In this document: one piece after another, positions 12,495 through 24,600 of the stretch | How the letters are laid out: every line of letters begins with the position of its first letter | Numbering within the stretch: the stretch's first letter is position 1 | From: Podarcis gaigeae | Taxonomy: Eukaryota | Length of the DNA stretch: 64,000 bases | Reading direction: 5' to 3' (one strand) | Assembly: GCA_964106915.2 (NCBI GenBank) | Contig: OZ066916.1 | Notes under the pieces: model-generated | What the model was told of the DNA's origin: nothing | Seen by the model: the letters and a program-made list of their open reading frames with translations, nothing else | Databases searched by the model: none | Translations under genes and position numbers: made by a program

Positions 12495-12705
12495 CATGGC
12501 TACTAAGCTACAATGGCTGTGATCTACTTCCACTGCTAGGGACAGTATGCCTCTGAGCACGTTTCTGGGAACCACAAGTGGGGAGAGTGCTGTTGAACTC
12601 AGGTTCTGCTTCAGGGGTACCCATAGGAATCAGGTGAGCCATTGTGAGAACAGGTTGCTGGGCTAGATGGGCCTTTGGCCCGATCCAGCAGGACTCTTCT
12701 TATTT
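12495..12705 (+). mobile_element. Old CR1-family LINE 3' UTR fragment
   Basis: Ends GAGAACAGGTTGCTGGGCTAGATGGGCCTTTGGCCCGATCCAGCAGGACTCTTCTTATTTCC, which is the reverse complement of the end at about 18725-18790. Similar pieces occur near 31530-31660 (-), 51800-51930 (+) and 60975-61095 (-). Confidence 0.7.
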
Positions 12706-14251
12706 CCATGATGACACATTGCTGTAGTCATCAGAAGTGGCATCTTGATCCTCACCCTCTGCTTGTCCGTGTGTGTGTGTGAAGTTAGGTGATAGGCTAA
12801 TTGCTTATTATTCATTCTTTAAAAATAAACCTCTTATCTGTAAACACAGTTATTAGAAGATTGTTTTGTACTGCTGTGGAAGGCACCATCAGAAGTCAGT
12901 CTATAGCATGTGAGTGTTGGATGTTTTAAAAACAACAACAACTCATTCCTCCTGTGCTGGCACCCAGTGGAAAATCCCCTCCCTCTGAACTTCCTTGTTC
13001 CACTAGGAGGGAAGCTGAAGAGCAGCTACAGAGGGATGTGTGAGAGAATTGTCACTAGAATTGTCAGATGCGTCCCTCTTCCATAGGTAGTCTTGTTAAA
13101 GTAAAAAAGAAGACGGCGACACATTAAATGTATACACACAGTGAATATATTGACTGGTTTGGCCCTGACATTTTAATTTCACGTTGCATTTGCTTGAAAG
13201 GCTAAAAGTAGTTTTACCCTCCCTGCCCCAAAACACAATTTACTGCAACGCTTCCTGGAATCAAGGCCACTGCTTGAACCTCCTTAACAGCAAAGAATAA
13301 GACTGGGATGTGAGGTTTCAGTCTGTCACGCTGAATTTCAAAGTGTTTTGATTTAGTTTCCTCAAGGCAGGAACACTAATAAGCATTCTGGCCGCATTAC
13401 ACTAGATATTAAAAAAAGTTAAAGGTGGAGCAGAAAATGTTTTCAAAGTTCCTTGAAATGTAACAGACGTGCCCCAGTATTGGAAGGCACATTAAAGGCA
13501 TCCTTTATTTTGCCTGCCAGAAAAAGGGTGGAGGGAGCGGGGAGGAAAGACAAGTTGAGATTTCTCACCACCGTGCTTACCATTGGCAGAGGCCAACCAA
13601 TTTCTATTAAGGCTGAGATGGTAATTAAAGTCTGTAGCGGCTCTCAGCAGCCTTGGTAAACTCTGCCAACTGTCCCTCTGCTGCTGAAAATGGTGCTTCA
13701 AAATGCAATTTTTTGCTCTCTTCTCGGAGCAACATTCATAACAGGGTCTCTGGAGATCAGGTTCAATTGTTTTAAACTGCTGCACCACAAAGCCTCCATC
13801 TGCAGAGCCTCAGTAGAAAGTAATCTCCTAATAATTATGTTGCCAGATAAGAGGTCGCTAGATTGTTTAGTAAATTCCAAAAAAACCTAATTGCATCTCA
13901 TTAAGAATAATTTCATTTGAAACTGGAAGAGAACTAATGTGCTCCGTTTATTACTCTTCCGGGCTTCTCTGCCCTACGGAATGTCAGCTGAGCCCATTTG
14001 CAACTCAATTCTATCTAAGGGCTTTGGCTCCAAGATGCAGGCAATACTTCCACAGGGCATCAAGTTATACTTTTTATTATTCTCATCTTCACAGAGGCTC
14101 ACAAGCTTATTTGTTCACACACACCCAATCAAATTTCTAATTAGATTCAAGAAATGCCTATTCTCCTAATGTACAACTCTCTGTGCATTAGACACTGAAA
14201 AGAAGCGTAACGTATTGCTAGGTGAGGACTCAGCTTAAGCAACCTTCCAGT

Positions 14252-14560
14252 CAGGGGTGTAGGAAGGGGGGTGGAGGGGACGGGCTGCCCCAGGTGCCAC
14301 TCTGGGGGGGGGTGACAAGATTGCCCCTGCCTCCCTCCAGCTGTAGAGCAGCCGAGGGCGTCCATATGGGCTGTCGCGTGTGCGCACTCCATACAGGATG
14401 TCACACATGCACAGCCCATACAGAGTGTGCATGAGCAGCATTCCGTACGGAGTGCACACACGTGGAATGCTGCATATGCGCAATCCGTATGGGATGCCGT
14501 ACATGGGCACTCCGTACGGGCTGCCCGCCCCAGGTGCCGGAGAGGGTTTCTCCACCACTG
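14252..14560. mobile_element. Non-autonomous hAT element with an internal 27-bp minisatellite
   Basis: Perfect 8-bp TSD CTTCCAGT (14244-14251, 14561-14568). Imperfect TIRs CAGGGGTGTAGGAA vs CAGTGGTGGAGAAA (11/14). CCRTAYRG cores at 14362, 14389, 14416, 14443, 14485 and 14512. Confidence 0.88.
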
Positions 14561-15093
14561 CTTCCAGTGCGCTATTTATATATCACATTACACATCCATA
14601 GAACTGTTGAGAATTCCATCCTCCCGTGCTGCAGATGTGTGGGATTGTTACGTCACATGTCTGTTTACATTCCAGCACTGATTATTGGAGTCTTGTGAGT
14701 GGAAAGGGAGATACACTGTTTCCGCTCTGTATAGCTATTGTTTTTGCAGTTCTCTCTCCGAGAAAGAAAGACAGAGAGGCCATATTTTTCTTTGTTCCAT
14801 TTGCAATAAATTAGGCTTAGATGTTACTCCTCAAGGCTGAGTTTCTGTTTGGACTCTGCTAGTCGTGTGCTCATGTCCTTGGATATGGGTCATATCAACG
14901 TGATGGGAGACTGGAGGGATGAATCCCGGGCGATGCTGCATGGGGGGGGGGAGAGGCACTGGCTCGGCGTTATCACCCAACAAGAACTCTCTAAGCGATT
15001 CACAATAAAAATACGTAAGATTTTCAATAAAACCTTACAAATATAAAACAATAAAAGTGTTCAACCAAACAAAAAGCTAAACCATAATCTAAA

Positions 15094-15277
15094 CAGTAAT
15101 AGCTGTTCAACAGTGGAACGGTCTCCCTTGGGAGGTTGTGGACTCTTCTTCCTTAGAGGTTTTCAAGCAGAGGTTGGATGGCCATCTGTCATGGATGCTT
15201 TAGCTGAGATTCCTGCATCGCAGGCAGTTGGACTAGATGACCCTTGGAGTTCCTCCTAATCCTACAATTCTATGATT
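15094..15277 (+). mobile_element. CR1 LINE 3' end (5'-truncated)
   Basis: GAGGTTTTCAAGCAGAGGTTGGATGGCCATCTGTC...GGACTAGATGACCCTTGGAGTTCCTCCTAATCCTACAATTCTATGATT, closely similar to the end of the copy at 34691-35184. Confidence 0.9.
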
Positions 15278-15454
15278 TTAAACCAGCACAAAATATCCGC
15301 TCTCTCATCTAACTCATTCAAATGAAGTAAGCCACATCATGCCGTAATGTACCATTTATGACTTGAAATAAACTGCTAATCCATTTATTTGCAAGAGAAA
15401 TAGAATGTAGGTAATAGTGGAATTTGGATCAAAGATCAACACAAACTACAGCTT

Positions 15455-15563
15455 TTGATGAATTGGACCCTAGTCTACAAAAGATTATGCCATAATAAAT
15501 TCATTAGTCTTTAAGATGCCTTTGTTGCTTTTGACAGACTAACATAAGAACTACCCCGCTGAA
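15455..15563 (+). mobile_element. Degenerate Penelope-like element terminal (pLTR) fragment
   Basis: TTGATGAATTGGACCCTAGTCTACAAAAGATTATGCCATAATAAATTCATTAGTCTTTAAGATGCC...ACAGACTAACA...CTACCCC has the same motif order as 49981-50102 and as reptile Penelope ends (from recall). Confidence 0.7.
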
Positions 15564-18294
15564 AATAGCAGTTTTATTGACCTTAGCCTAGGAATGTCTT
15601 CTCACACAAGAATACAACACTATCCTCTGTAATTTTGTATAGTACTGTATGAAACCCAAAATGCTAGTATCTGGAGCTTAATGTAGTGCTATGTGTCTTT
15701 ATACTTATGGATAAAAAATAAATTGTACACTGCAGCAAACGGACAATTACACAAATGAGATGTCCATGCCATCGTTCATGCACTCTTCTAGCCATCATGG
15801 TCCTCTGCAAGGTCCCATTCAGCACAATCAGTCCCCCAAGGAAGAGTGCAATGGTTGGATAAATGCATGAGCAGTGTGGAGAGTCCTTCTATTCTGTAAA
15901 ATGACTGTTGTGTTGCAATGCGCATGCACTGAGGTCCAAACAGGAAGTTGAAGGGAAGGAGGGAGAAAGGAAGAATTGTAGGAATTGTGCCCATCCTTAT
16001 TTGTTTTCAATAACACCACAAGGTGTACTTCTAATCACTGGCAATGGATAATTTATTTAGTATCCAATGTTAAGCCTCGTATCAGAGATGAAACTGATGC
16101 TTCTTCAACAGTAATAAGGGAAGAGAAATTCCACATATTCCCAGGCAACTATACGAAAATGCATATATAAGAGTGAGACTATAGCCATGGCAGGTACACA
16201 TACACACCATTATGGATCAGGAAGATTGAGCACCACTTTATAAGATACAATGAATAATAGCTTTAGTATTCTCTAAAGGTTAATAATAGACAGACAGATA
16301 GAAGAAAAGACACAAAACCTGTTGACCCATCAGCCACCTTTCAACAGCAGAATGATTTAATAAGTAGCTCTAGATAATGGCTAAAATGAAATTCGATTTC
16401 TTTAGCGCTTGATAAGCAACACACAATATGACAGTTCAATATCAGTGCCCCTTTGTAGAGATTATCTCCATTTATTCAGAGATTGTTTTCAAAACAAAAA
16501 GGCCTCCACAGTTGGGAAAGAAAAAAGGAGAGCCGCGTGCATCTCCTCAGAACCAATTTTAATGATAAAACACATTACCTGCTGTCAGTCAAAGAAAAGC
16601 AGAGTATGTCCCAGGGCCTGTGACAAAAAGGCTATTTCTCAAAGATGTACACAAGGATAGGACACTCAAGCATGACAAGTGTTTTGCTGTTGCCGCTTTT
16701 CAAGAGAAATCCCATAGGTTGATCAGAATGCACAATTTCAGTTTCATTTATCTAAAATAAAAGGAAGTGGCTTTTCTGGTCAAAAGATAGCATTCACATT
16801 TGTCAGTGTGAAATTGAAAACAATGAAACAAATTTCATAGCAAAGGCAAAGGATGACGATAAAGAGAACAGCAAGAATATTTGATGCCTTAGCAGTTTTT
16901 CTTTCCTTGCACTCTCTTGTTCTCAAACTGCAAGACATAATCAGGAGCCAGACAAAAGATTTCACAAGCATGGTACATAGTGACTTGCTACTGGCCCACA
17001 ACTTAAGTGTTCATGGGACACTGGAAAAGCCTCTTACATACATAGCATAGTAGCGATGACTGTGACCTACAAGATTGGAAGTTACAGTATCAAATTCTTT
17101 CTCAACCTCAAATCTGCCAAGGTTGCCTGCCATACTTCTGTCAACCTCTTCTCTCCTTCGGCACTATAAGAACAATAATATTGGTTTACTTTACAAGAGC
17201 TGAATCATACTATGATGAGTCAAACTGTAATGACAATGACCAACTAGGTCATTTCTGAGTTACTGTGCTTGAATTATTTCCTTTCTACTTGGATATAATT
17301 CAAGATGGGCAGCTCACAAGTAAATATCCAGTTGGTTGTTTTTCAAGTAATCTTTTGTGATGTTCCAGAACATCTAAGACTCACCAAAGCAGTGTAAACT
17401 TAGGATTAAGGAAGGGGTGGCTAGAACAGCACAGAATAATAAGGTCCCATGCACAAAGGAAATACAGCATTGTCCCAGAAAGAACAGAGAACATGTTCAA
17501 ACCATCCTGAGATCAAATATATTCTCTGTTATTTATTATATTTACATACCACCCTTTATCTGAGGATCACAGGGCGGTTTAAAAACACAAGAATGAATAT
17601 TTCTCTCTCAAAAAAATGGAGGGGGAAAAAACATGGTTTAAGTTCAAAAGCTGCCCTACACATCTCCTTCCAGGATGCTCTAGATCAGGGGAGTCAACAT
17701 GGTGCCCTCAAATGTTTTGGACAGTGGGATATCCAGTCTCATATAACCAACATGCTTAAGTCTGATTAATGCATGAATGCTAAAAACTATAGAGTTTTTA
17801 GCATTCTATCTGGCCAGGCTTAGCTCACCTTGGGAGAGATTAGGTAATCAAGCATTTGTTCCCAGTCTATCCAAGCAGCTCAACGTGTGAAGAGACAAAC
17901 CTGCTTGCTAGCCTCTTAAGCTGAATGGCTTTAACAATCCTCTCTTGAGTTACAATACCAATAATTTAGGAACTTTCATCACTTTGCAACTAAGCCAAAT
18001 TTTACCGCCTATGCAACATTTTTGACCGAAAAATGGAAAAGCAAAAGAGCCTGACCTTTGAATCGTTTGTAAGTAAACCAATTTTAAACTTACCAAACGT
18101 GTGGTCTTTTTAAATGCTGGGGGAAGAGGGAGTTTTGGAACTCACACGGGCACATTTTCAAGGTCCAACAGCCTATATTTCCACACCTTACTTTGCTGCA
18201 AGCTTTGTGATTTTAAATCTCTGCTGGGGTTCTCTCACCAAAGAGTAGTTGCCCCAAACCAGGATCCTGGCATCTAGGAATTCTCCTTTTATGA

Positions 18295-18496
18295 ACTTAA
18301 TTCGTTCTGTTCTTAACCCGAAACTGTTCTTAACCTGAGACACCACTTTAGCTAATGGGGCCTTCCGGTGCCGCCGCAAGATTTCTGTTCTCATCCTGAA
18401 GCAAAGTTCTTAACCTGAGGTACTATTTCTGTATTAGCAGAGTCTGTAACCTGAAGCATCTGTAACCTGAAGCATCTGTAACCCGAGGTACCACTG
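18295..18496 (-). mobile_element. Truncated copy of the Tc1/mariner-type MITE at 5414-5644, opposite orientation
   Basis: One TIR (TAACCCGAGGTACCACTG + TA) is intact at 18479-18498. The body matches the reverse complement of 5414-5644. The other TIR is missing. Confidence 0.9.
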
Positions 18497-19686
18497 TACC
18501 TATTTTTTCTTTGCACCAACATGGACTGCATCTCCCAGCATCCCTCACCACTGACAGTGCTGGCTAAGGATGATGACCACTGTAGTGCAGCAACAATTGT
18601 TGTTGTTGCTAAAATGTTCTTCCTCTCAAAGGAGCCCAGGGAAGCAAGCAAGCGATTAAAACATCTAAAAGCAATTCCAGTACCAATACAGACTGGGAAA
18701 GATATCTACATAAAGGGCGTGTTAAGAATATAATAAATAAGAGCCTACTGGATCAAATCAATGGCTCATCAAGTCCAGCATCCTGTTCTCAGAGTGACAA
18801 AGCAAGATCTAAGCACATGAAAACTCCCTCCTCCGGCAGTTTCCAAGAACTGCTGTTCAGCAGCATATAGCCTCCAACCATGGAGGCAGAGCATAGCCAT
18901 CATGGCTAGTAACCACTGACAGCCTTATCATCCATTAACTTGCCTGAACCTCTTTTAAAGCAATTCAAATTTGTGACCATCACTATCTGCTGTAGGAGCA
19001 AAGTCCACAGTTTAACAATGATTGTGTGAATAAGTGCTTTACTTTGTCTGTGCTGAATCTTCCATCATTAGGCTTCATTGGATATCTACAAATTCTAGGT
19101 GTTAAGAAAGAAGAAAAAACCTTTGATCTCTCCATTTTCTCCATCCTGTGCCTAATTTTATATACTTATCATGTTGCTTGCCTTTTCTCTAAACTAAAAT
19201 GTCCCTTTCCTCATAAGGAATAATTTTGGTTGCTCTTTTCAGAACCATTTCCAACTCTACTATATCCTTTTCGAGGTGATATGACCAGAACTGGTCACAG
19301 TAGTCACACTATAGATTTGTATAATGGCCTTATGGTACTGGCTGTTTTCCATTCCTTTTCTAATGACCCCTAGCATGAAATTTGCCTTTTCACAGCTGCT
19401 GCAAACTGAGTCAACATCTTCAATGAGGTATCCATTCTGACCACAAGGACTTGTTCCTGGTCAGTCACTGCCAGTTGAGATCTCATGGGCGTATATGTGA
19501 AATTACGATTTTTCACTGCAACATATATATCACTATACACTGCTCTGTACCAAATGCATTCTCCATTTTATGGCCTGTTCACTAAGTTTGCAATCCTTTT
19601 CTGTTTTACTGACCCTGAACAACTTAGTATAATCATCAAACTCGGTCAACTCACTGCTCCCTCCTAAGTCTAGATCATTTTCAAAC

Positions 19687-19688
<2 letters not shown>

Positions 19689-19731
<43 letters not shown>
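19689..19731. repeat. (GATA)10 microsatellite
   Basis: Perfect tetranucleotide array; it is the tail of the inserted LINE fragment. Confidence 0.97.
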
Positions 19732-19903
19732 TCTTTATTGTCATTACACAAGTGCAACATTGCACAAGTGCAACGAAATTGGATGCCATCCCTTAAAAAC
19801 AACAAAAGCAACACAACAACAACAACCAAACAAACCACATTCCAGCCACACCCACACCCACACCCATCAAACTCCCAGGTCACACTATCGAGTTACTGCA
19901 TTT
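19689..19903 (-). mobile_element. Short 3' fragment of a Rex1/Babar-like LINE with (TCTA)n tail, inserted in the CR1
   Basis: The minus strand ends AATTTCGTTGCACTTGTG...TAATGACAATAAAGAA(TCTA)10, the type of end I associate with Rex1. It splits the CR1 between AACAAG and AAGTTAAA. Confidence 0.6.
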
Positions 19904-22411
19904 AAGTTAAAATGCACAGCTCCCAATACCGATCCTTGGGAGACTACACTTTCTACCTCCACCAGGCATCCAGTTATTCCTACTCTTTCCTTCCTGTTGC
20001 TTAACCTGTTCCTGATTCACAAGTGGACTGCGCATCATTCCATGGTTGCTAAGTTTAGAATGTATCATACATACAGACCCAGTATGCCAACATGCAACCA
20101 ATTCTACATAACTGTATCTCAGGGGTGAGATGAAAACCAAGGAATCACCTACCTAAAATATACATAAGAAGTGAAGTGGTTCTATACCTTTCTTTTTCTT
20201 CTGAGTTTGTGAAAAACTATTAGCTTTTTGTTTTCTCCTTTTTCCAGGTGAAAGGAGTAAATCTGTTACTGGCTGTGGGGAGCCAAAGAAAACACCTGAC
20301 TTAATTTATGGATATTATCGTTAGTTATTATTATTAATTAACTTTATGGATCTAGGGGACTTACTGTTAAGATCAGCAGTCTCATCATAGCTTCAACAGA
20401 AACCAGGGGATCATCGATATATTTTAACGCATATACTTATGCATGCAAAATGTATTTGTCCCTGCTGCAGAGACAGAGCAAAGAGACAAAGATATAACTG
20501 CACTGTTGGCAATTACTTGTCTGTTTATCTGATGGTATGTTTATTCTGCAGCCTCCATTCATGATTAACAGTTTGTGTATCCCTCACCTGTAATCAATAG
20601 CTGTGCAGTCTTGTATTAGCTGTGGAGATTAGACATCCCTTGATAATAAATTCCATTGATTTCCTCAGCTTAGGTGTAGTAATCCGAGAGCATTTTCCAG
20701 CATTTAAATTAAAAAGAAAATATATAGCCTTCAACGAGTGGAAATGCTAGCATGATTATAAGGTGTGACCTCTTTAAACTCATTCCTCCAGATGAATCAA
20801 ACCTATCTGGTGTAATAAAATGTGAATGAGCATGTCAACAAGCATGAAAATGAAACAGCAAAGAAACAAAAAATGTGACAGGAAACACAAACCAACGCCA
20901 GAAAAGCTTTGCTTGAATTGTAAATGGCACAAGCATTTTCTGAGATTATTTCTCTAAGGTATTTAGTTTGTCTTTAACATTAGGAAGCAATTGAGTCGGG
21001 CAGCATCAATTCCGCACCCTCCCCCCCCCCCAAAGCTGCTACATCTTTGCTGCTTCTAAGTGTCAGTCTTCAAATTATATAACCATCGGGCCTGAAGAGA
21101 CCAGAAAATCAGGTATTCTATCTAGCACACTGACTGCTGGTTCATATATTAAGGGAAATGTGGAAAAGAAGAAGCTCCAAACCAATTTATCCCAGCACTG
21201 TGCCTTCCAGATGTTTTGAATAACAGCTCTCATCAGTCTGGGTGGGAGGGATGGGAGTTGTATTAAAAAATATCTGGAAGGCACTAGGTTGGGGGGGAAT
21301 GATGCAACATGTGACTCAAAGCATCACAACTGGAGTGAGAAGACTTCCAGGCATGTTTTGGGGCTCATGGGTCCCAACATGGAGAAGACATGCAGTTTCC
21401 TTTCCCCCACATCTTTGCCCACTTAGAGCAGCTTCATGACTTGGGTGCCAGATGGGTGGGAATGGATCAACTGATTCTGACTGGAAGTTATGAGAAAACT
21501 GAGTGCACATCATGCACTTAGAGGTGAACGACACAAGAGTTATTTAACTGTTTCTAAGAAATCTGGCATAGTCATTATCAGGGGAAATCTTGCCATCTGT
21601 ATCAATTGCTGGCCATTTTTGTTTTTGCATCCAATATTTGTTTTGCAGTGGAGGAGGCTCAAACTTGTGTGAAAATTGCATTGAATACAACCTGGAGGTC
21701 TGATCTCTAATTTAAAATATACCAGAGGGAACATGCACGTTTGCTTTCATGAATTAATCTGCATATCTTTTCTGAATTTTGAGAAGTGCCAAATGTGAGG
21801 CGAAACATATCAAATCAACCAACGCATACCATATGCTAAATAACTTAATTTTTACATACAGTAGGAAGAGCTTTGTTCAACATAAGCATATTTTGTAAGC
21901 AGATACGAGGGTTTGCAGAAAATCATAAACAAATCAATGTTGCACTTTTACACCATTTTTCTAGAAAGCTGCAACCCACAAGCTTGATTCTGATAACACA
22001 AAACCACATGCTTTTTAACAGGAAGGAAGGAAGACCCCAGAGTGCAATATAGACTTCTTTCTGGTGGCCATCTGCATGTGTTCTGAGACTTGGTGTCTCT
22101 GTGGATCCTGGACCAGAAAGAGACATGCAAATGCAATCATTTCCTAAGGTTCAGCAGACACTTTTGATGGATGAGAAAACTGATTCAGTTTGCAATTAAA
22201 GGCAAACCTATATAAAACACTTTCTGAAACAATATGCCATTCCTTCAGAATTCACACTTCTCTGAATTTTGAAAAGTAGCTTTCCAGCCAAGTAATACAT
22301 GCAAAAATGGTAAAGTGTGCATATATTACTGAAAATAGCACACAAAACTGTATTACAGAAAACTGCTTTATAAAAATATGTAGATTGGGCAAAATTGCAT
22401 TAATGTATGTA

Positions 22412-22446
22412 CCGTATTTTACCATATATAAGACGCCCCCACACGG
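22412..22446. mobile_element. 35-bp relic of a Tc2/pogo-like transposon
   Basis: TA|CCGTATTTTACCATATATAAGACGCCCCCACACGG|TA, with the same CCGT...ACGG termini and TA flanks as 46224-46392. Confidence 0.65.
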
Positions 22447-23731
22447 TACCAACTCCCATATGTATTCCAAACACAGGAATTAGGAGACAGAGATTAGTCA
22501 GTCAGTGTCTATATGTGGGAAGGTGTCACAGCCACTAATGAAAGTTGTTCCATGGTAAATTATTCATAATTATTCATAACTGCATTACCCAAACATTTGT
22601 TTGATATTATAATCAACATAATTTAGGTGGCTTAGTTTAAAAAAAAAAAATCTGTAGTTTCTGTTCAAGTATCATATTGCCACCAGAGTCAGAAAAGTGG
22701 GTCATGCTGTCTTCCACTGTAAACAGAACGGAGCAAAATCATGTTCAAGTGCAAAAAACAATTGTGTCCTTCTTTTGCTTGAAAACTGGTCTCTTTTCTG
22801 CAAGACATATAAACCTCCTTTGGGACAATTCAAATTAGAGTCACAGGCCAAACATAAAGACATGTCTGTGAAACCAAATCCTTTTTCCTCATTTAACATG
22901 CTTCTGTGATTTCCAGTCAAAGAAAATGAGACAAAGTTTTGCTGGCAGCCCTCTCCCTTGTATTTCAAAACCAAGAATATCAAATATCCGGGAGATGGGG
23001 GAGAGAGGGAAGTACTGAATGGATGTAGTTAAAACACAGAGTTTTGGGTCAAGTTAATTTCCTTTTGTTCGAAGCTCCAACACTGCTCTCTTCACACTGC
23101 TTTCCAGGCCCATTAAGAGCTCTGACTGATGCTTGGCATTTTTCCTCCAAGTGCTTAGATGGGGAAACTGCAGCAGAAAGTCTGAATTAAAACTTCTGGC
23201 TGGCATTTTTACAAGCTGCAAGGGCAAGGTAGCCTCTCTACACCCTGCCTTGGACAGGGTGAATTTTAAGACAAACAGCACGGTCCCAAGATCTAGAGCA
23301 GTGTTTCTACCAGCCCAGGAAGGGCCCAGAGATTCTGACCAGTAACCCACCACTACACAACAACAGCGGCTTTGGAAATGCAAGGGAAATTTAAAAAGGA
23401 GTTTGTAACTCTGCTAGTTCAACAACAACAAATGCCACTGGGCCCTAAAGTAACTCTTTGGCTATAGACCAAATAATTTGAGTAAAACACATGTAATCAA
23501 GGAACATTACCCTTTCCTTTATTTCAATGATAATAACATGTGGACCGCCAGCTTTCTTCTGCCAAGGCATTGGGTACCCAAATTAAGTAGGCGCTAGACA
23601 AACCTAAACACTTTAAAAACCCACAAATGCTTTATTCCTCCTGCCGCCTAACTAATAGTTATAGACATCATTGTTTTCCATACCCAGTGGATTGCTAATG
23701 TAAAGGGCAAATTATTTTTCAGACTTTACTA

Positions 23732-23856
23732 CAAGGGGTGAGAAACCTGTGGCACTCCAAATGTTGATGAACTCCAATGCACATCAGTCCCAGCATGGGA
23801 ACGATAGGAGTTGGGAGTCTAGCAGCATCCAAAATGCCACAGATTACTGACCCTTG
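23732..23856. mobile_element. hAT palindromic MITE (family of 6501-6638)
   Basis: CAAGGGGTGAG...CTGACCCTTG termini; flanks CTTTACTA / CTTTATTG (6/8). Confidence 0.65.
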
Positions 23857-24600
23857 CTTTATTGGAAATAAAGAACATACAACACCTGGCTATCTTGTAA
23901 TGATATGGTAAGCTCCAAAGCACCCACCTACCGAAATGCTAAAGGAATTTCCAAGTGCTATGTTTTGCAGGCACACAAATATTTGAGACAAAAATTGAGG
24001 GAATAATGCTACTGCATTATTACTCATTCTACTATTTCTAAGAGCTTCACACAGAAGTGCTCTTTTTGCACTTTTTTAGCTTATATGAGCAATGTAACAT
24101 GCGTAAATAGTTCATGGATTTACATGAACTATTCATGTAACTTTCACCATCCCTCTAATATATTTTGCTACTTTACAAATCACCCAGCCCACACATCTCA
24201 TAATTCTCATAGGCGGTGTGCTATCATATATTAGGAAAAACCCAGGACCAATGGATATACTAGAATTAATTGCTTTCAGGGGGATGGGGTAAGTAACTGG
24301 ATAATTACTAGATACCTAATATTTATAATGGATATATGGACATATACTATTGGATATATATTTTAATAACCTTATAGTGCTATACTATATATGCATATTC
24401 AAGGTAAGTGGGCACAGGATTACAGCCCTAATTACTTAAAGTTTTTGTTGATGAATTAACAGGGACAACTGGTGAAATGAAATTATCATCAGTGGGGCTG
24501 ATGTGGGGCTCACACATGTTTAGTATTTAAGACTATGTTGGTTCTGTTGTATTCATGGAATTAGGGATGCTTTCGCAATTCAATTTTTCTGGATTCTGAC

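Larger units (their letters stand above)
18723..20045 (-). mobile_element. Old CR1 LINE, about 1.1 kb of the ORF2 C-terminus plus 3' UTR, interrupted at 19689-19903
   Basis: The 3' end is at about 18725. The minus strand shows the decayed RT motif EFDDYTKLFR (compare KFADDTKL) near 19600-19645 and VSQGSVLG at about 19920-19945. Many stops and indels. Confidence 0.85.

Noticed and set aside
12690-12740. Minus-strand CTGATGA...GAAA as an intronic hammerhead ribozyme (also 21200-21240, 31990-32020 and 49052)
   Set aside because: No valid stem II with the required closing pair, and no stems I or III could be formed by eye.
14147-14698. Cluster of overlapping ORFs with repetitive PYG/Cys-rich peptides; CRISPR-like appearance
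   Set aside because: Explained by the GC-rich 27-bp minisatellite inside a hAT MITE with a TSD. The spacers are related to each other, there are no cas genes, and the context is a vertebrate intron.
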